DNA of 64,000 nucleotides from an uncultured bacterium (GCA_963716985.1 OY970323.1:992001-1056000), one strand, 5' to 3'. Counted from the first letter of the stretch, positions 11,649 to 22,524 are shown. A program made the numbers and translations. Notes: generated by a model from the letters alone, not told the origin.

Positions 11649-12275
11649 ATGAAAGAAATCGAAACGGGAAAAGAGAAGATCCAGAAAATTTGTGACCTTT
11701 TGCGAAAAGAGACGCTTGATCCTGCCAAGCAAGAAGCGCGAGAGATCGTTGAAAATGCCGAAATGCAAGCGAAGCAAATATTGGAAAAGGCCAAAGAAGA
11801 CGCGACCGAACAGCTTCACATAGCCCGAATGGGAATCGAGAAAAAGAAGAAGATGTTTGAGGATTCGCTGCAGTTTTCCGTAAGGCAGTCTCTAGAAGAG
11901 TTGAAACAATCGATTGAAAAGAAATTTTTCCGGGAAAATCTTCAGAAGCTCATTCAAGAAAAGATGGCAGGCCCTAATGTGATTGCCGACCTCATTTCCG
12001 CTATCGTCGAGGCGGTCCGCAAGGAAGGGATCGAAAGCAATCTTTTGGCCTATGTTTCGAAAAAGATAGCTCCGGAAAAAATCATAGCTTTTTTGGGATC
12101 GAATATTATCGACCAGTTGAAGAATAAAGAGCTCGTCTTAGGGGATTTTGAAGGCGGCGTTAGGATTCGTTTGGAGGGGCGCAATATAACGATTGACCTC
12201 ACCGATGAAACTCTTCGAGATCTGCTAGTGGATTATATTCGCGAGGATTTTCGTCATTTGTTCTTTCAGAAGTAG
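11649..12275 (+). CDS. atpE: V-type ATP synthase subunit E
   Basis: MKEIETGKEKIQKICDLLRKETLDPAK, typical chlamydial subunit E; first gene of operon. The ORF-track start at 11589 lies inside the inserted element. Confidence 0.9.
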   Translation: MKEIETGKEKIQKICDLLRKETLDPAKQEAREIVENAEMQAKQILEKAKEDATEQLHIARMGIEKKKKMFEDSLQFSVRQSLEELKQSIEKKFFRENLQKLIQEKMAGPNVIADLISAIVEAVRKEGIESNLLAYVSKKIAPEKIIAFLGSNIIDQLKNKELVLGDFEGGVRIRLEGRNITIDLTDETLRDLLVDYIREDFRHLFFQK

Positions 12276-12284
12276 GTTTCTACA

Positions 12285-13052
12285 ATGGTTGGATATTACT
12301 TTCTTATCACAGCGCTCCCTCCATTAAAATTTGGAATAAAGCCTGAAATTTCTTACGAAGAGGTGGAGGAGCTTGTCGACCAGAATGTCCGCACTTCCGA
12401 CCGAGAAATAGTAGTGGGTTTTAAACAATATATCGATGTGAAAAATTTACGCCTTTTGTGGATGGATCTGCCGATTGATCCAAGGGGGAACCTGAATAAA
12501 AAGGAATTGGAGGCCGCTCTCCTCGTTCGCGATTCCTTCCCTTCCTTCGTGTTTGATTTTATCCAAACGTATGAAGATTCTTCGCACCGGCTTGCCAACT
12601 TCCTTTTTCTCATTGCGAAATTTTTACAATATCAGATCGAAAACCAAGAGGGTTTTTTGAGAGTTTTTTTTCGCTTTGAAAGAGAATTTCGTATCATTTT
12701 AACCGCTTTGCGTGCAAAAGATGAAAAAAAAGATCTTTCCGTTGAATTACAATATGAGGATCCAAAAGATTTTTTGATTCGCGACATATTATCGCAAAAA
12801 GATAGCTCTAGCTACGAGCCGCCCGGGGAGTATAAAGAGTTGAAAAATATCTATGTTGCCAACAGGGAAAATCCCAAAAATCTTTTTTTTTCTACTTCCG
12901 AATATTGTTTTCATAAGATCGGAGAGATGAAGAGAATCGACCCCTTTTCTATCGATTCTGTTTTGGCCTATATGGCCCGTTTGATTCTTGTTGAGGATTG
13001 GGATCTGCTTGACGAAGAAAAGGGAAGGGCGATCGTTACGTCACTACTGTAG
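12285..13052 (+). CDS. V-type ATPase subunit C-like (DUF2764 family)
   Basis: YYFLITALPPL N-terminus and PFSIDSVLAY C-terminus; located between subunits E and A. Confidence 0.85.
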   Translation: MVGYYFLITALPPLKFGIKPEISYEEVEELVDQNVRTSDREIVVGFKQYIDVKNLRLLWMDLPIDPRGNLNKKELEAALLVRDSFPSFVFDFIQTYEDSSHRLANFLFLIAKFLQYQIENQEGFLRVFFRFEREFRIILTALRAKDEKKDLSVELQYEDPKDFLIRDILSQKDSSSYEPPGEYKELKNIYVANRENPKNLFFSTSEYCFHKIGEMKRIDPFSIDSVLAYMARLILVEDWDLLDEEKGRAIVTSLL

Positions 13053-13060
13053 GATAAGCA

Positions 13061-14836
13061 ATGAATGAGACAATAAACGAAGTTGCAGCAACGGGAAAGG
13101 TCGTAAAAGCCTATGGCAACCTTCTCCACGTGGAATTTGAAGGCGAGATACGCCAGGGAGAGCTTTGCGCCATTCGGCTGGGAGATCTTTTTCTTTCCGC
13201 CGAAGTGGTGGAGATTGTCGACCGCATCGCAAAGGTGCAGGTATTTGAGGATACCAGAGGCATTACGCTTGACGGCCCTGTGAAATTTTTAGGAAGGTTG
13301 TTAGAGGCAGAGCTTGGGCCCGGACTCTTAACGTCTATTTTTGATGGCCTGCAAAATCCCTTGGAAAAGGTGGCTGAAAAATCGGGCCTTTTCCTTAAAC
13401 GAGGGATTTCCCTGCCGGCGCTCGATCGGAACATGAAATGGGATTTTGTCCCTTTTGCCAAGGTGGGCGATCTCGTAGTGAGAGGAGATGAAATAGGAGA
13501 GGTCAAAGAGCAGTTTTTTTCTCATAAAATTATGGTTCCCTTTTCTCTTCGGGGGCGCTTGCGCATCACCTGGATCGCTCCCGCCGGATCCTACAGGATC
13601 GAAGAGTTGATTGCCAAGGCGGCAGATGAGACGGGCAAAGAGATGGATATTTGCATGCTTCAGAAATGGCCTGTCAAGATTGCCCTGCAGCAAGGCAAAA
13701 AGGTCAAGCCCGAGCAGATGATGGGAACGGGCCTGAGAATCATCGATACCCAGTTTCCTCTTTTGAAAGGGGGTGCTTTTTGCACTCCGGGCCCTTTTGG
13801 CGCGGGAAAGACCGTGCTGCAACACCATCTTTCCAAGTTTTCCTCTGTGGATATCGTGATCATAGCGGCGTGTGGAGAGAGAGCGGGCGAGGTAGTGGAG
13901 CTTTTGCGGGAATTTCCCCATCTGGTGGACAGCAAAACGAACGAGCCTTTGATGCATCGAACCGTGATCATTTGCAATACTTCTTCCATGCCGGTTTCTG
14001 CAAGAGAAGCCTCTGTTTATATGGCCGTAACGATTGGAGAATATTATCGACAGATGGGGCTTGACGTCCTTGTCCTTGCAGACTCGACCTCTAGATGGGC
14101 GCAGGCAATGCGGGAGATGTCGGGCAGATTGGAAGAAATTCCCGGGGAAGAGGCCTTCCCGGCTTACCTTTCCTCGCGTATTGCAGCTTTCTACGAGAGG
14201 TCGGGTGTGCTGCTTTTAAAAGACCAAAAGGAAGGATCTTTGACCATTGGAGGCAGTGTTTCTCCGGCAGGAGGCAATTTTGAAGAGCCGGTGACGCAGG
14301 CAACTCTTGCAGTGGTGGGTGCTTTCTTGGGGCTTTCTCGCGAGAGGTCCGATGCGAGGCGCTATCCTGCTATCGATCCTTTGATCTCATGGACAAAATA
14401 TCTCTCCCGTGTGGGCGCTCTTTTTGAAAAAAAGAATCCGGGATGGACAAGGAAAATTACCGAGGCCTGGAAGCTTTTGAAGCTAGGAAAAGAGATAGAG
14501 AAGAGGATGGAAGTGGTGGGAGAAGAGGGAATTCCTATAGAAGATATGGTGGTCTATCTAAAGGCAGAGCTCTATGACATTGCCTACCTGCAGCAAAATG
14601 CTTTTGATAAAGAAGATCAATTCTGCCCGATCGAGCGGCAAGTAGACCTTTTTCATCTCATGGATGATATCTTCTCCCGGCCTTTTACATTTGACAGAAA
14701 TGATGAGGCAAGAAGTTATTTTCTTTCGTTGCAAAATGATATTCGTAATATGAATTTTCTTCCTATGCATAGCCCGGAATATGAAAAGACTCTTGCGACG
14801 ATTCGAGAAAAAGTTCGGAAAAGGAAAGAGAAATGA
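13061..14836 (+). CDS. atpA: V-type ATP synthase subunit A
   Basis: P-loop [37 protein letters not shown]. Confidence 0.97.
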   Translation: MNETINEVAATGKVVKAYGNLLHVEFEGEIRQGELCAIRLGDLFLSAEVVEIVDRIAKVQVFEDTRGITLDGPVKFLGRLLEAELGPGLLTSIFDGLQNPLEKVAEKSGLFLKRGISLPALDRNMKWDFVPFAKVGDLVVRGDEIGEVKEQFFSHKIMVPFSLRGRLRITWIAPAGSYRIEELIAKAADETGKEMDICMLQKWPVKIALQQGKKVKPEQMMGTGLRIIDTQFPLLKGGAFCTPGPFGAGKTVLQHHLSKFSSVDIVIIAACGERAGEVVELLREFPHLVDSKTNEPLMHRTVIICNTSSMPVSAREASVYMAVTIGEYYRQMGLDVLVLADSTSRWAQAMREMSGRLEEIPGEEAFPAYLSSRIAAFYERSGVLLLKDQKEGSLTIGGSVSPAGGNFEEPVTQATLAVVGAFLGLSRERSDARRYPAIDPLISWTKYLSRVGALFEKKNPGWTRKITEAWKLLKLGKEIEKRMEVVGEEGIPIEDMVVYLKAELYDIAYLQQNAFDKEDQFCPIERQVDLFHLMDDIFSRPFTFDRNDEARSYFLSLQNDIRNMNFLPMHSPEYEKTLATIREKVRKRKEK

Positions 14837-16134
14837 AAAAGATCTATGATCGCATCCTGGAGATGCGCGGAAATCTCATTACGGTATCTGCCGGGGGCGT
14901 TGCTCTTGGCGAGCTTGCGATGATCCATAAGAAAGATGGACAAAAGACCTTCGCTTCCGTTTTGCGATTTGAGAATGATCTTGCGACCCTGCAAGTATTT
15001 GAAAACACCCGAGGAATTTCTACCGGAGACCAGGTGACCTTTCTCAACCGAGAAATGCAGGCCACATTTTCGGAAAATCTCCTGGGCCGCTGTTTGAGCG
15101 GCACGGGAAGGCCCATTGATCAGGGACCGGAGATGATCGGAGAAAAGGTGGACCTTGCGATGCCCTCTTTCAATCCCACGCAGCGTATCGTCCCGAGAAA
15201 ATTGGTGCGCACCAATATCCCCATGATCGATGTCTTCAACTGTCTTGTCAAATCGCAGAAGATCCCCATCTTTTCGATTGCAGGGGAGCCCTACAATGCT
15301 CTTTTGATGCGCATTGCAAATCAGACAGATGCCGATGTTGTAATTATCGGGGGAATGGGGCTTCGTTTCGACGATTACCTGGCCTTTATTGAAAATGCGG
15401 AAAAATCCGGCTCGATGAATAAGACTGTGATGTTCATCCATCAGGCGACCGATCCCCAAGTAGAATGTCTTCTCGTGCCCGACATGGCGCTTGCATGCGC
15501 TGAGCGTTTTGCGATGGAGGGAAGGGCGGTCTTAGTTCTTTTGACCGACATGACGGCTTTTGCGGACTCCATAAAGGAAATCGCAATTACGATGGACCAG
15601 GTTCCTTCCAATCGCGGCTATCCCGGCTCCCTTTATTCCGATCTTGCTTCCCGCTATGAAAAAGCGGTCGACATTGAAAAAGGCGGCTCTATTACGATTG
15701 TTTCTGTGACGACAATGCCCGGAGGGGATGTGACCCATCCGGTCCCCGATAACACCGGCTATATCACCGAGGGTCAGTTTTATCTGCACGACGGCAGGAT
15801 CGATCCATTCGGCTCTCTTTCTCGTTTGAAGCAGAATGTGATCGGCAAGGTGACGCGTGAGGATCATGGAGAACTTGCCAATACGATGATCCGGCTTTAC
15901 GCAGATGCGAAAAAAGCAAGGGATCGCGGCGCTATGGGATTCAAGGTGTCCAAGTGGGATGAAAAATTGATTCGATATGCGCTGCTTTTTGAAGAAAAAC
16001 TCATGTCTCTTGAGGTCAATATTCCATTGGAAAAGGCGTTGGATTTGGGATGGATGATCCTAGCGGAGTGTTTTTTACCTGAAGAGGCGGGCATCAAGAA
16101 ACAGCTGCTAGAAAAATATTGGCCCCGCCAGTAG
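14833..16134 (+). CDS. atpB: V-type ATP synthase subunit B
   Basis: [39 protein letters not shown]. Confidence 0.97.
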   Translation: MKKIYDRILEMRGNLITVSAGGVALGELAMIHKKDGQKTFASVLRFENDLATLQVFENTRGISTGDQVTFLNREMQATFSENLLGRCLSGTGRPIDQGPEMIGEKVDLAMPSFNPTQRIVPRKLVRTNIPMIDVFNCLVKSQKIPIFSIAGEPYNALLMRIANQTDADVVIIGGMGLRFDDYLAFIENAEKSGSMNKTVMFIHQATDPQVECLLVPDMALACAERFAMEGRAVLVLLTDMTAFADSIKEIAITMDQVPSNRGYPGSLYSDLASRYEKAVDIEKGGSITIVSVTTMPGGDVTHPVPDNTGYITEGQFYLHDGRIDPFGSLSRLKQNVIGKVTREDHGELANTMIRLYADAKKARDRGAMGFKVSKWDEKLIRYALLFEEKLMSLEVNIPLEKALDLGWMILAECFLPEEAGIKKQLLEKYWPRQ

Positions 16135-16142
16135 GGAAAATT

Positions 16143-16748
16143 ATGGCAGATCTCAAGCTTACAAAAATGGGCCTACGCGATGAGCAGTCAAAGCTCAAGC
16201 AGTTGGAAATCTATTTGCCGACCCTGCGCTTGAAAAAGTTTATGCTGCAAGTAGAAATCAATCATGCAATGCAAGAGGTTGCGCAGTGCAAAAAGAAAAG
16301 AGAAAAGGCCAAAGAAGAGGTGGATAGTTTTTCGAATCTTCTCGATGAGCGATACGAGAGATCTGCGCTGATTTTTTGCCAAGTCCAGCACGTGGAAAAA
16401 TCCTACGAGAACATTGCTGGCGTGGAGCTGCCCATTTTTGAAAAGGTGACTTTTCGCAACCAGCCCTTTTTCCTTTTTGATACGCCCGGCTGGATCGATG
16501 TGGCGACGCAAAGAGTTCGCTCTCTCATTATTCTTCGGGAAATGCTGGCGATATTTGAAGAGAAGAGGCGTGCGCTTGAAAAAGAACTGCTCGATGTTTC
16601 TATTCGGGTGAATCTGTTTGAAAAAATTCTCATTCCGCGCTGTCGAGAGAACATCAAAAAAATTAAAATTTTCCTTGGCGATCAAGAGCTTGCGTCGATT
16701 TCTCGGGCGAAAGTAGCCAAGAAGAAGATCGAGGGGGCGAAAAGATGA
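16143..16748 (+). CDS. atpD: V-type ATP synthase subunit D
   Basis: YLPTLRLKK, RVNLFEKILIP; ATG at 16143 preferred. Confidence 0.93.
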   Translation: MADLKLTKMGLRDEQSKLKQLEIYLPTLRLKKFMLQVEINHAMQEVAQCKKKREKAKEEVDSFSNLLDERYERSALIFCQVQHVEKSYENIAGVELPIFEKVTFRNQPFFLFDTPGWIDVATQRVRSLIILREMLAIFEEKRRALEKELLDVSIRVNLFEKILIPRCRENIKKIKIFLGDQELASISRAKVAKKKIEGAKR

Positions 16749-18661
16749 TTATTCCCGTCAAAAAGATTTTGATTTATGGAATGAAGAATCAGGTCGATCT
16801 GTTTTTTAAAAAAGCGCAAGAAATCGGCTGTTTGGAGTTTCTTAAGAGCTCTTCAAAAAAAGCAAGCGAGCTGCCATCGGAAATTCAAGAGCTTATCGCA
16901 GCCATTAAAATTCTACGCCACGTCCCCCAAAACTCTCTTCCGACGCAAGAGGCATTTACCTCTTTGCAGGAGGCAGCGCTCAGGGTATGCTTTCTCAACG
17001 AGCAGATCACGCATCTTGAAGAGGAAGAGAGAGAGCTGCGCGCAGAGGTGTCCCGTGTGGCGCCCTTTGGTCATTTTTCTTGGGAAGAATTCATTTCGGT
17101 GCAGAAAGAAGCAAGGCGTTATTTGCAATTTTTTGAAATTCCCGCGAGCCGAAGGGCGGGAAGAGAAATCCCGAGAGATCTTATTTACATTGGCACCGAA
17201 TACGATCTCGATTATTTCGTGTCGATTTCCAAAGAGAAGAGGAGAATTCAAGAAATGACCGAGGTGGTCATTGAAAAACCCCTCGGATCGCTTGAAGATG
17301 AATTACAACAGATGCTCTGGAAGATCAATCAATTTTCTCAAGAATTAGAATCTCTTGCTTCCTATTTCAAACACTTTCAACGGGTTTTAATAGAAAAACT
17401 CAATGAGTATCACCTCAAATCGGCAAAAGAGGGCAGTGTCGCCATTTTGGAAGAGAGGCTTTTCATGGTCGAGGCATGGCTGCCGGAGAGCAAAAGGGAG
17501 ATTTTTCTTTCTCTTGTTCGCGCGTTTGCCGTCGACTGGGAAGAAATTTCGATCGCAAAAGAAGAATCCGTACCGACCTATCTTGAGAACAAAAGAGGCG
17601 GAAAGCTTGGAGAAGATCTTGTAAAAATCTACGATATTCCTTCGACGCTAGATCAGGACCCTTCTCCCTGGGTTTTTTGGTTTTTTATCCTTTTCTTTGC
17701 CATGATCATCTCCGACGCCGGTTATGGGCTCGTCTATTTAGCGATTGCTCTTTTTTTAAAGTTCAAGGGAATGGATAAAGAGGGGTTTGCCAAGCGATTC
17801 AATCAGACCCTATTCATCATTTCCTTTGCCTGTATTGGCTGGGGCATATTGAGCGCATCCTTTTTGGGAATTGAGATTCCGCCCACCTCTCCCTTGAGTT
17901 CCTATCTTGTTGTGGACCGCATCGCGGCAAGAAAAGCTTCCTACCATATGAAAATGAAGGACGATGTCTATCAGTCTTGGGTTTTCAAATGTCCGAATGT
18001 TGCAAAAGCTGAAAATGGCAGAGAGTTTTTGATTGAGGCTGTTGAAAAGGACAAGCAAGGCTCTTTACACTACACTGCTTTCGAGACTTTTAAGAAAAAC
18101 GTTCTCTTGGAGATTTCTCTTTTGGTCGGGGCCCTCCATATTTCTATTTCCCTCTTGCGCTATCTTTTCCGCAACTGGCCTGCGGTCGGCTGGGTCTCCT
18201 TCATCATTGGAGGATATCTTTATTTTCCCTCTATCCTTCATGCGACCTCGATCTTTGCCTTTATGGGATGGATCTCGAAGGGAGCCGCTTATTCCATCGG
18301 GCCGGTTTTTGTTTATGGGGGACTTGGTTTTGCGGCGATTCTGGCTTTGATCGAAAAAAAATTGTCGGGGTGGGATGAGCTTACGAAATCTGTGCAAATT
18401 CTCTCGGACATACTCTCTTATTTGCGTCTTTATGCCTTTGGCCTCTCCTCTGCCATGCTGGCGGTTACTTTTAACATGCTCGGGATGGGTTTGCCTTTAT
18501 ATGTCGGATGGATTGTGATCCTTATGGGCCATTTGATCAATTTCCAGCTTGGGATCATGGGAGGCGTCATCCATGGCTTGCGTCTCAATTTTATCGAGTC
18601 CTATCATTATAGCTTTATTGGAGACGGAAAGCTTTTCCAGCCATTAAAATTGTTGAAATAG
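16745..18661 (+). CDS. atpI: V-type ATP synthase subunit I
   Basis: Multi-TM C-terminus; FAMIISDAGYG, SDILSYLRLYA, IHGLRLNFIE. Confidence 0.95.
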   Translation: MIIPVKKILIYGMKNQVDLFFKKAQEIGCLEFLKSSSKKASELPSEIQELIAAIKILRHVPQNSLPTQEAFTSLQEAALRVCFLNEQITHLEEEERELRAEVSRVAPFGHFSWEEFISVQKEARRYLQFFEIPASRRAGREIPRDLIYIGTEYDLDYFVSISKEKRRIQEMTEVVIEKPLGSLEDELQQMLWKINQFSQELESLASYFKHFQRVLIEKLNEYHLKSAKEGSVAILEERLFMVEAWLPESKREIFLSLVRAFAVDWEEISIAKEESVPTYLENKRGGKLGEDLVKIYDIPSTLDQDPSPWVFWFFILFFAMIISDAGYGLVYLAIALFLKFKGMDKEGFAKRFNQTLFIISFACIGWGILSASFLGIEIPPTSPLSSYLVVDRIAARKASYHMKMKDDVYQSWVFKCPNVAKAENGREFLIEAVEKDKQGSLHYTAFETFKKNVLLEISLLVGALHISISLLRYLFRNWPAVGWVSFIIGGYLYFPSILHATSIFAFMGWISKGAAYSIGPVFVYGGLGFAAILALIEKKLSGWDELTKSVQILSDILSYLRLYAFGLSSAMLAVTFNMLGMGLPLYVGWIVILMGHLINFQLGIMGGVIHGLRLNFIESYHYSFIGDGKLFQPLKLLK

Positions 18662-18676
18662 AAAAAGGAGAATATC

Positions 18677-19102
18677 ATGGATTTCAATATGATCGGCCCG
18701 GCCATTGTTTTAGGGCTTGGTTGTTTCGGAAGCTGCGTTGGGTGCGGGATTGCGGGAATGGCATCTCATGGAGCGATGACTCATGTAGAAGAAGGTCATG
18801 GAAAATTTATTGGTTTAACGACCCTTCCGGCCTCGCAGTCTATTTATGCGATGGTGCTCATGGTCTTTATGAGCAATAGCATCAAGGCGGGGGGGCTCTC
18901 TCCTCTATCGGGCATGGGAATCGGATTCTTTGTGGGCCTTGCTTTTATGGCCAGTTCCATTTATCAGGGAAAGGTCATTTCGACGGCGATTCAAGCATCG
19001 GCAAAACAGCCGGCGATCTTTGGAAAATGCGCGGTGGCTGCCGGTATTATCGAATCTTTTGCAATCTTTGCTTTCGTCTTTGCGCTGCTCTTAATTGGGT
19101 AG
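18677..19102 (+). CDS. atpK: V-type ATP synthase subunit K (proteolipid)
   Basis: Four-TM proteolipid, PASQSIY, GIIESFAIF with conserved Glu. Confidence 0.93.
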   Translation: MDFNMIGPAIVLGLGCFGSCVGCGIAGMASHGAMTHVEEGHGKFIGLTTLPASQSIYAMVLMVFMSNSIKAGGLSPLSGMGIGFFVGLAFMASSIYQGKVISTAIQASAKQPAIFGKCAVAAGIIESFAIFAFVFALLLIG

Positions 19103-19223
19103 TAGAAAAATGTGCAAAGAAGGGATCGTCTCTTGCGGCTAAAGCCAATATTTGCAAAATCCCTTTGGAGTTTGCAAAGCCCTATGCTATGTTCCTACAA
19201 AGCGAGCGAGTGAGCCTGAGCCC

Positions 19224-19880
19224 ATGAATAAAAAGAGCCTGGACCTATGTCCGATGATTGAACACGCCCTTCTTCGGGCCGATGCAACGGCGGAAGATGT
19301 TTTGAAGGCTTGCCAGGAGGCCATTCGTTTTGGCTTCAAGGCGGTTTGTCTGAACTTGGCCCACGTTGCCTATGCTGCTGAAATGTTAGAAGGGAAAAAG
19401 CCCTTTGTCGTCGCTGTTGTGGGGTTTCCTTTGGGAGCTAGCCAATCCTCGATCAAGGCGTTTGAAGCAAAAGAAGCTGTCAACAGCGGCGCCAAAGAAA
19501 TCGACATGGTGCTGCATTTGGGAGCATTGAAATCCAAGAACTATGCGTCTGTTTTCCAAGACATTCGAGAGGTGGTTGAGGCTGTGCGGCCGGTGCCGGT
19601 GAAGGTCATATTAGAAACGTGTTTCTTGAGCGATGATGAAAAAAAGATTGCCTGCGCTCTTGCAAAAGCTGCGGGTGCTCTGTTTGTCAAGACCAGCACG
19701 GGTTTTGGAAAAGCAGGTGCGACAGTTGCCGATGTTGCTTTAATGCGGGCAGTGGTCGGCAAGGAAATAGGAATCAAAGCAAGCGGGGGCATTCGCACAA
19801 AGAGCGATGCTCTGAAAATGATCGAGGCGGGAGCCGATCGCATTGGCACCTCCTCATCTGTTCTCATGATGGAGGAATAA
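19224..19880 (+). CDS. deoC: Deoxyribose-phosphate aldolase
   Basis: VVGFPLG, EIDMV, KVILET, FVKTSTGF, KASGGIR, RIGTSS. Confidence 0.95.
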   Translation: MNKKSLDLCPMIEHALLRADATAEDVLKACQEAIRFGFKAVCLNLAHVAYAAEMLEGKKPFVVAVVGFPLGASQSSIKAFEAKEAVNSGAKEIDMVLHLGALKSKNYASVFQDIREVVEAVRPVPVKVILETCFLSDDEKKIACALAKAAGALFVKTSTGFGKAGATVADVALMRAVVGKEIGIKASGGIRTKSDALKMIEAGADRIGTSSSVLMMEE

Positions 19881-19881
19881 C

Positions 19882-21111
19882 ATGAATGCTACGTGGAAAG
19901 GATGGTTCATTTCGCTCACCGGAGCGCTCTTTTTCTTTTACGCCTTTTTTCAGGTCAATTTGATGGCTCCTTTAAGCCGGCATCTTCTTACTGATTTGCA
20001 CATTACCTCATCGCAGCTAGGTCTTTTGTCGGCCTGTTATTTTTATGGAAACGTTCTCTTTCTTTTGCCGGCCGGCCTTCTCTTAGATCGATTTTCTACG
20101 AAAAATCTCCTGTTGATCAATATGGCGCTGGCCATGGGCGGAACTCTGCTTTTTGCGCTCTCTTCCTCTTTTCTTTTTGCTGCTCTGGGCCGTTTTTTGT
20201 GCGGGGTGATGATGTCTTTTGGACTCATCATTTGTTTGAAACTTGCCTCGATGTGGCTGCCGGGACAAAAGATGGCGCTTGCAAGCGCTCTCATCGTGAT
20301 GGTCGGAATGTTTGGAGCCGTTGCAGCGCAAACGCCCCTTTCCTTGGCGATTCTCTCCTTTGGATGGAGGCAGGCTCTTTTCGGAGTGGTCTTGCTCGGC
20401 CTTCTTATTAGCTTGATTCTTTTCTTGGCCATCCCTTTTTCTCCGGTAAAAAAACAAGAAAATGCCCAGGGGCAATCGGTCATAAAAAGCTTGAAGAAAG
20501 TATTTGCCGTTTCTCAGAATTGGTATGGTGGCCTCTTCATCTCTCTTTTGAATCTGCCCATCGCTATTTTGGGCGCTCTTTTTGGTATAACTTTTCTTAC
20601 AAAGAGCTACGCTCTTTCCGATTTGACGGCGTCGTCGATTGTTTCGATGCTCTTTTTGGGAATGATCGCCGGATCTCCTTTTTTTGGATGGCTCTCCGAT
20701 CGCATGCAAAAAAGAAAGCCGGCCATGCTGCTCGGATCGGTTTTCTGCCTTCTTTTCATGCTGCTTTTGCAATATGTCAATGTATGGAACATTCCCTCGC
20801 TTTATCTGCTCTTTTTTTTCTTAGGGTTCATGAGTGCATCGCAAGTGGTGGGCTATCCTGTCATTGCAGAGAGCAATGATCCGGAAAGCTCGGGCACTGC
20901 GCTGAGCTTGGCTACGATTATTATCATGGGGGGCGGATATGGCCTTGGTCTTCCCTTTGTCGGGTGGCTCATCGAAAAGAGTTCCCTGTCGAGTGCCATG
21001 ATGGCAATACCATTGGGGATTGTTTTGAGTAGTTTCATGGTCCTTTTGATGAAGGAGAGCTACCCAAAGGCGGAAAAGAACCAAGAGACGACCTCTGAAA
21101 GCGCTAATTAG
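19882..21111 (+). CDS. MFS transporter
   Basis: About 12 TM helices; motif A GLLLDRFSTK and GWLSDRMQKRK. Confidence 0.9.
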   Translation: MNATWKGWFISLTGALFFFYAFFQVNLMAPLSRHLLTDLHITSSQLGLLSACYFYGNVLFLLPAGLLLDRFSTKNLLLINMALAMGGTLLFALSSSFLFAALGRFLCGVMMSFGLIICLKLASMWLPGQKMALASALIVMVGMFGAVAAQTPLSLAILSFGWRQALFGVVLLGLLISLILFLAIPFSPVKKQENAQGQSVIKSLKKVFAVSQNWYGGLFISLLNLPIAILGALFGITFLTKSYALSDLTASSIVSMLFLGMIAGSPFFGWLSDRMQKRKPAMLLGSVFCLLFMLLLQYVNVWNIPSLYLLFFFLGFMSASQVVGYPVIAESNDPESSGTALSLATIIIMGGGYGLGLPFVGWLIEKSSLSSAMMAIPLGIVLSSFMVLLMKESYPKAEKNQETTSESAN

Positions 21112-21159
21112 AAGGTTTTCTTTGCTTATCGTTAGTTCTAATAGAGAAAAGGAGTTCGT

Positions 21160-21789
21160 TTGCAAGAAGGGTTAAATTTTTTTGACGGACTGCTTTATAT
21201 CAATCTCGAGCAGCGCTTGGATCGAAAAAAACGCATTCTCTTAGAGCTCAAAAGGCTTTGCGTCCAACCTTCGAAAATCCATCGCATCGATGCTTTTTAC
21301 GATCCTTTCAACGGACACCGAGGATGTGCATTCAGCCACCGAAAAGCTCTCGATTTTGCCATCGAACAAAAATGGAAGAATGTGCTGATTTTAGAGGACG
21401 ATTGCGTCTTTTCTGAAGGAAGAAGCGTGGGCCGAGCGGTGCAATCTTTGCAAAGATTAAACGATGATTGGGACGGATTTCTTTTCGGCGCTGACCTTGC
21501 TTTGACGGCTACATGGCCCTCAACAGGGATTGTTCGCGTTTTACAAGCGCTCAGAACCCATGCATATGCGGTAAATGGCCCCTATTTTCCTATCTTGCGA
21601 AGCTGCTTTGAAGATGCCTGTCAAAGCATGAAAAACATTCTTTTTTTCTTTGATGCAGAGATTTTTGCAATTGATCGCCGGTGGCAGCTATTGCAACGAG
21701 ACGATCGATGGTATGCGCCGACAAACCTGGTTGCTGTTCAGGGACAATCTTTTAGCGATATTTGTCATATGGATCTCATGGAGCGCTAA
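21160..21789 (+). CDS. Glycosyltransferase family 25-like (copy 1)
   Basis: YINLEQRLDR, GC..SH, LILEDD, THAYAV; TTG start after AAGGAG. Confidence 0.85.
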   Translation: MQEGLNFFDGLLYINLEQRLDRKKRILLELKRLCVQPSKIHRIDAFYDPFNGHRGCAFSHRKALDFAIEQKWKNVLILEDDCVFSEGRSVGRAVQSLQRLNDDWDGFLFGADLALTATWPSTGIVRVLQALRTHAYAVNGPYFPILRSCFEDACQSMKNILFFFDAEIFAIDRRWQLLQRDDRWYAPTNLVAVQGQSFSDICHMDLMER

Positions 21790-21881
21790 CGGCTCGTTTC
21801 AGAAATGCTAGTGCGCGTTTTTTTTCTTTACCGATTTTTTTCTCTAGATTATATCTGCTTTCAGGCGCAAGAGCTGGAGAA

Positions 21882-22520
21882 ATGGGTCCTTTGCAAGAAG
21901 ATTTGAATTTTTTTGACGGCATTCTCTATATCAACCTTCCACATCGCCAAGATCGGAAAAAACGCATTCTCCAAGAGCTTCAAAAGCTCTGCGTCCAATC
22001 TTCGAAAATCCATCGTATCGACGCTTTTTACGATCCATTCAACGGACACCGAGGATGTGCAAAGAGCCACCGAAAAGCTCTCGATTTTGCCATCGAACAA
22101 AGGTGGAAGAATGTGCTGATTTTAGAGGACGATTGCGTCTTTTCTGAAGGGAAAAGCGTGAAGTGCGCGGTGGAAGCTTTAAAAAGCCTCAAAAGCGATT
22201 GGGATGCGTTTCTTTTTGGAGGAAATTTTTACGTAGCGAAAGAATGCTCTTCGCCTGCGCTTTTGCGCGTGTACGATGCGCAAAGAGCGCATGCCTATGC
22301 TGTGCAAGGCCCCTATTTTCCCATATTGCGCAACTGCTATGAAGAGGCGATAACAGGCATGAAAAACATTCTTTTTTTCTTCGACACGCTCCAGTGGTGC
22401 CTCGATCAGCGATGGAAGCTTTTGCAAGCCTCTGATCGCTGGTATACTCCTAAACAATCCGTCGCCTTTCAAGGCGAGTCGTTTAGCGATATTTGCTATA
22501 TGGATCTGATGGAGCGATAG
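21882..22520 (+). CDS. Glycosyltransferase family 25-like (copy 2)
   Basis: YINLPHRQDR, GCAKSH, LILEDD; tandem paralogue of copy 1. Confidence 0.85.
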   Translation: MGPLQEDLNFFDGILYINLPHRQDRKKRILQELQKLCVQSSKIHRIDAFYDPFNGHRGCAKSHRKALDFAIEQRWKNVLILEDDCVFSEGKSVKCAVEALKSLKSDWDAFLFGGNFYVAKECSSPALLRVYDAQRAHAYAVQGPYFPILRNCYEEAITGMKNILFFFDTLQWCLDQRWKLLQASDRWYTPKQSVAFQGESFSDICYMDLMER

Positions 22521-22524
22521 TTTT

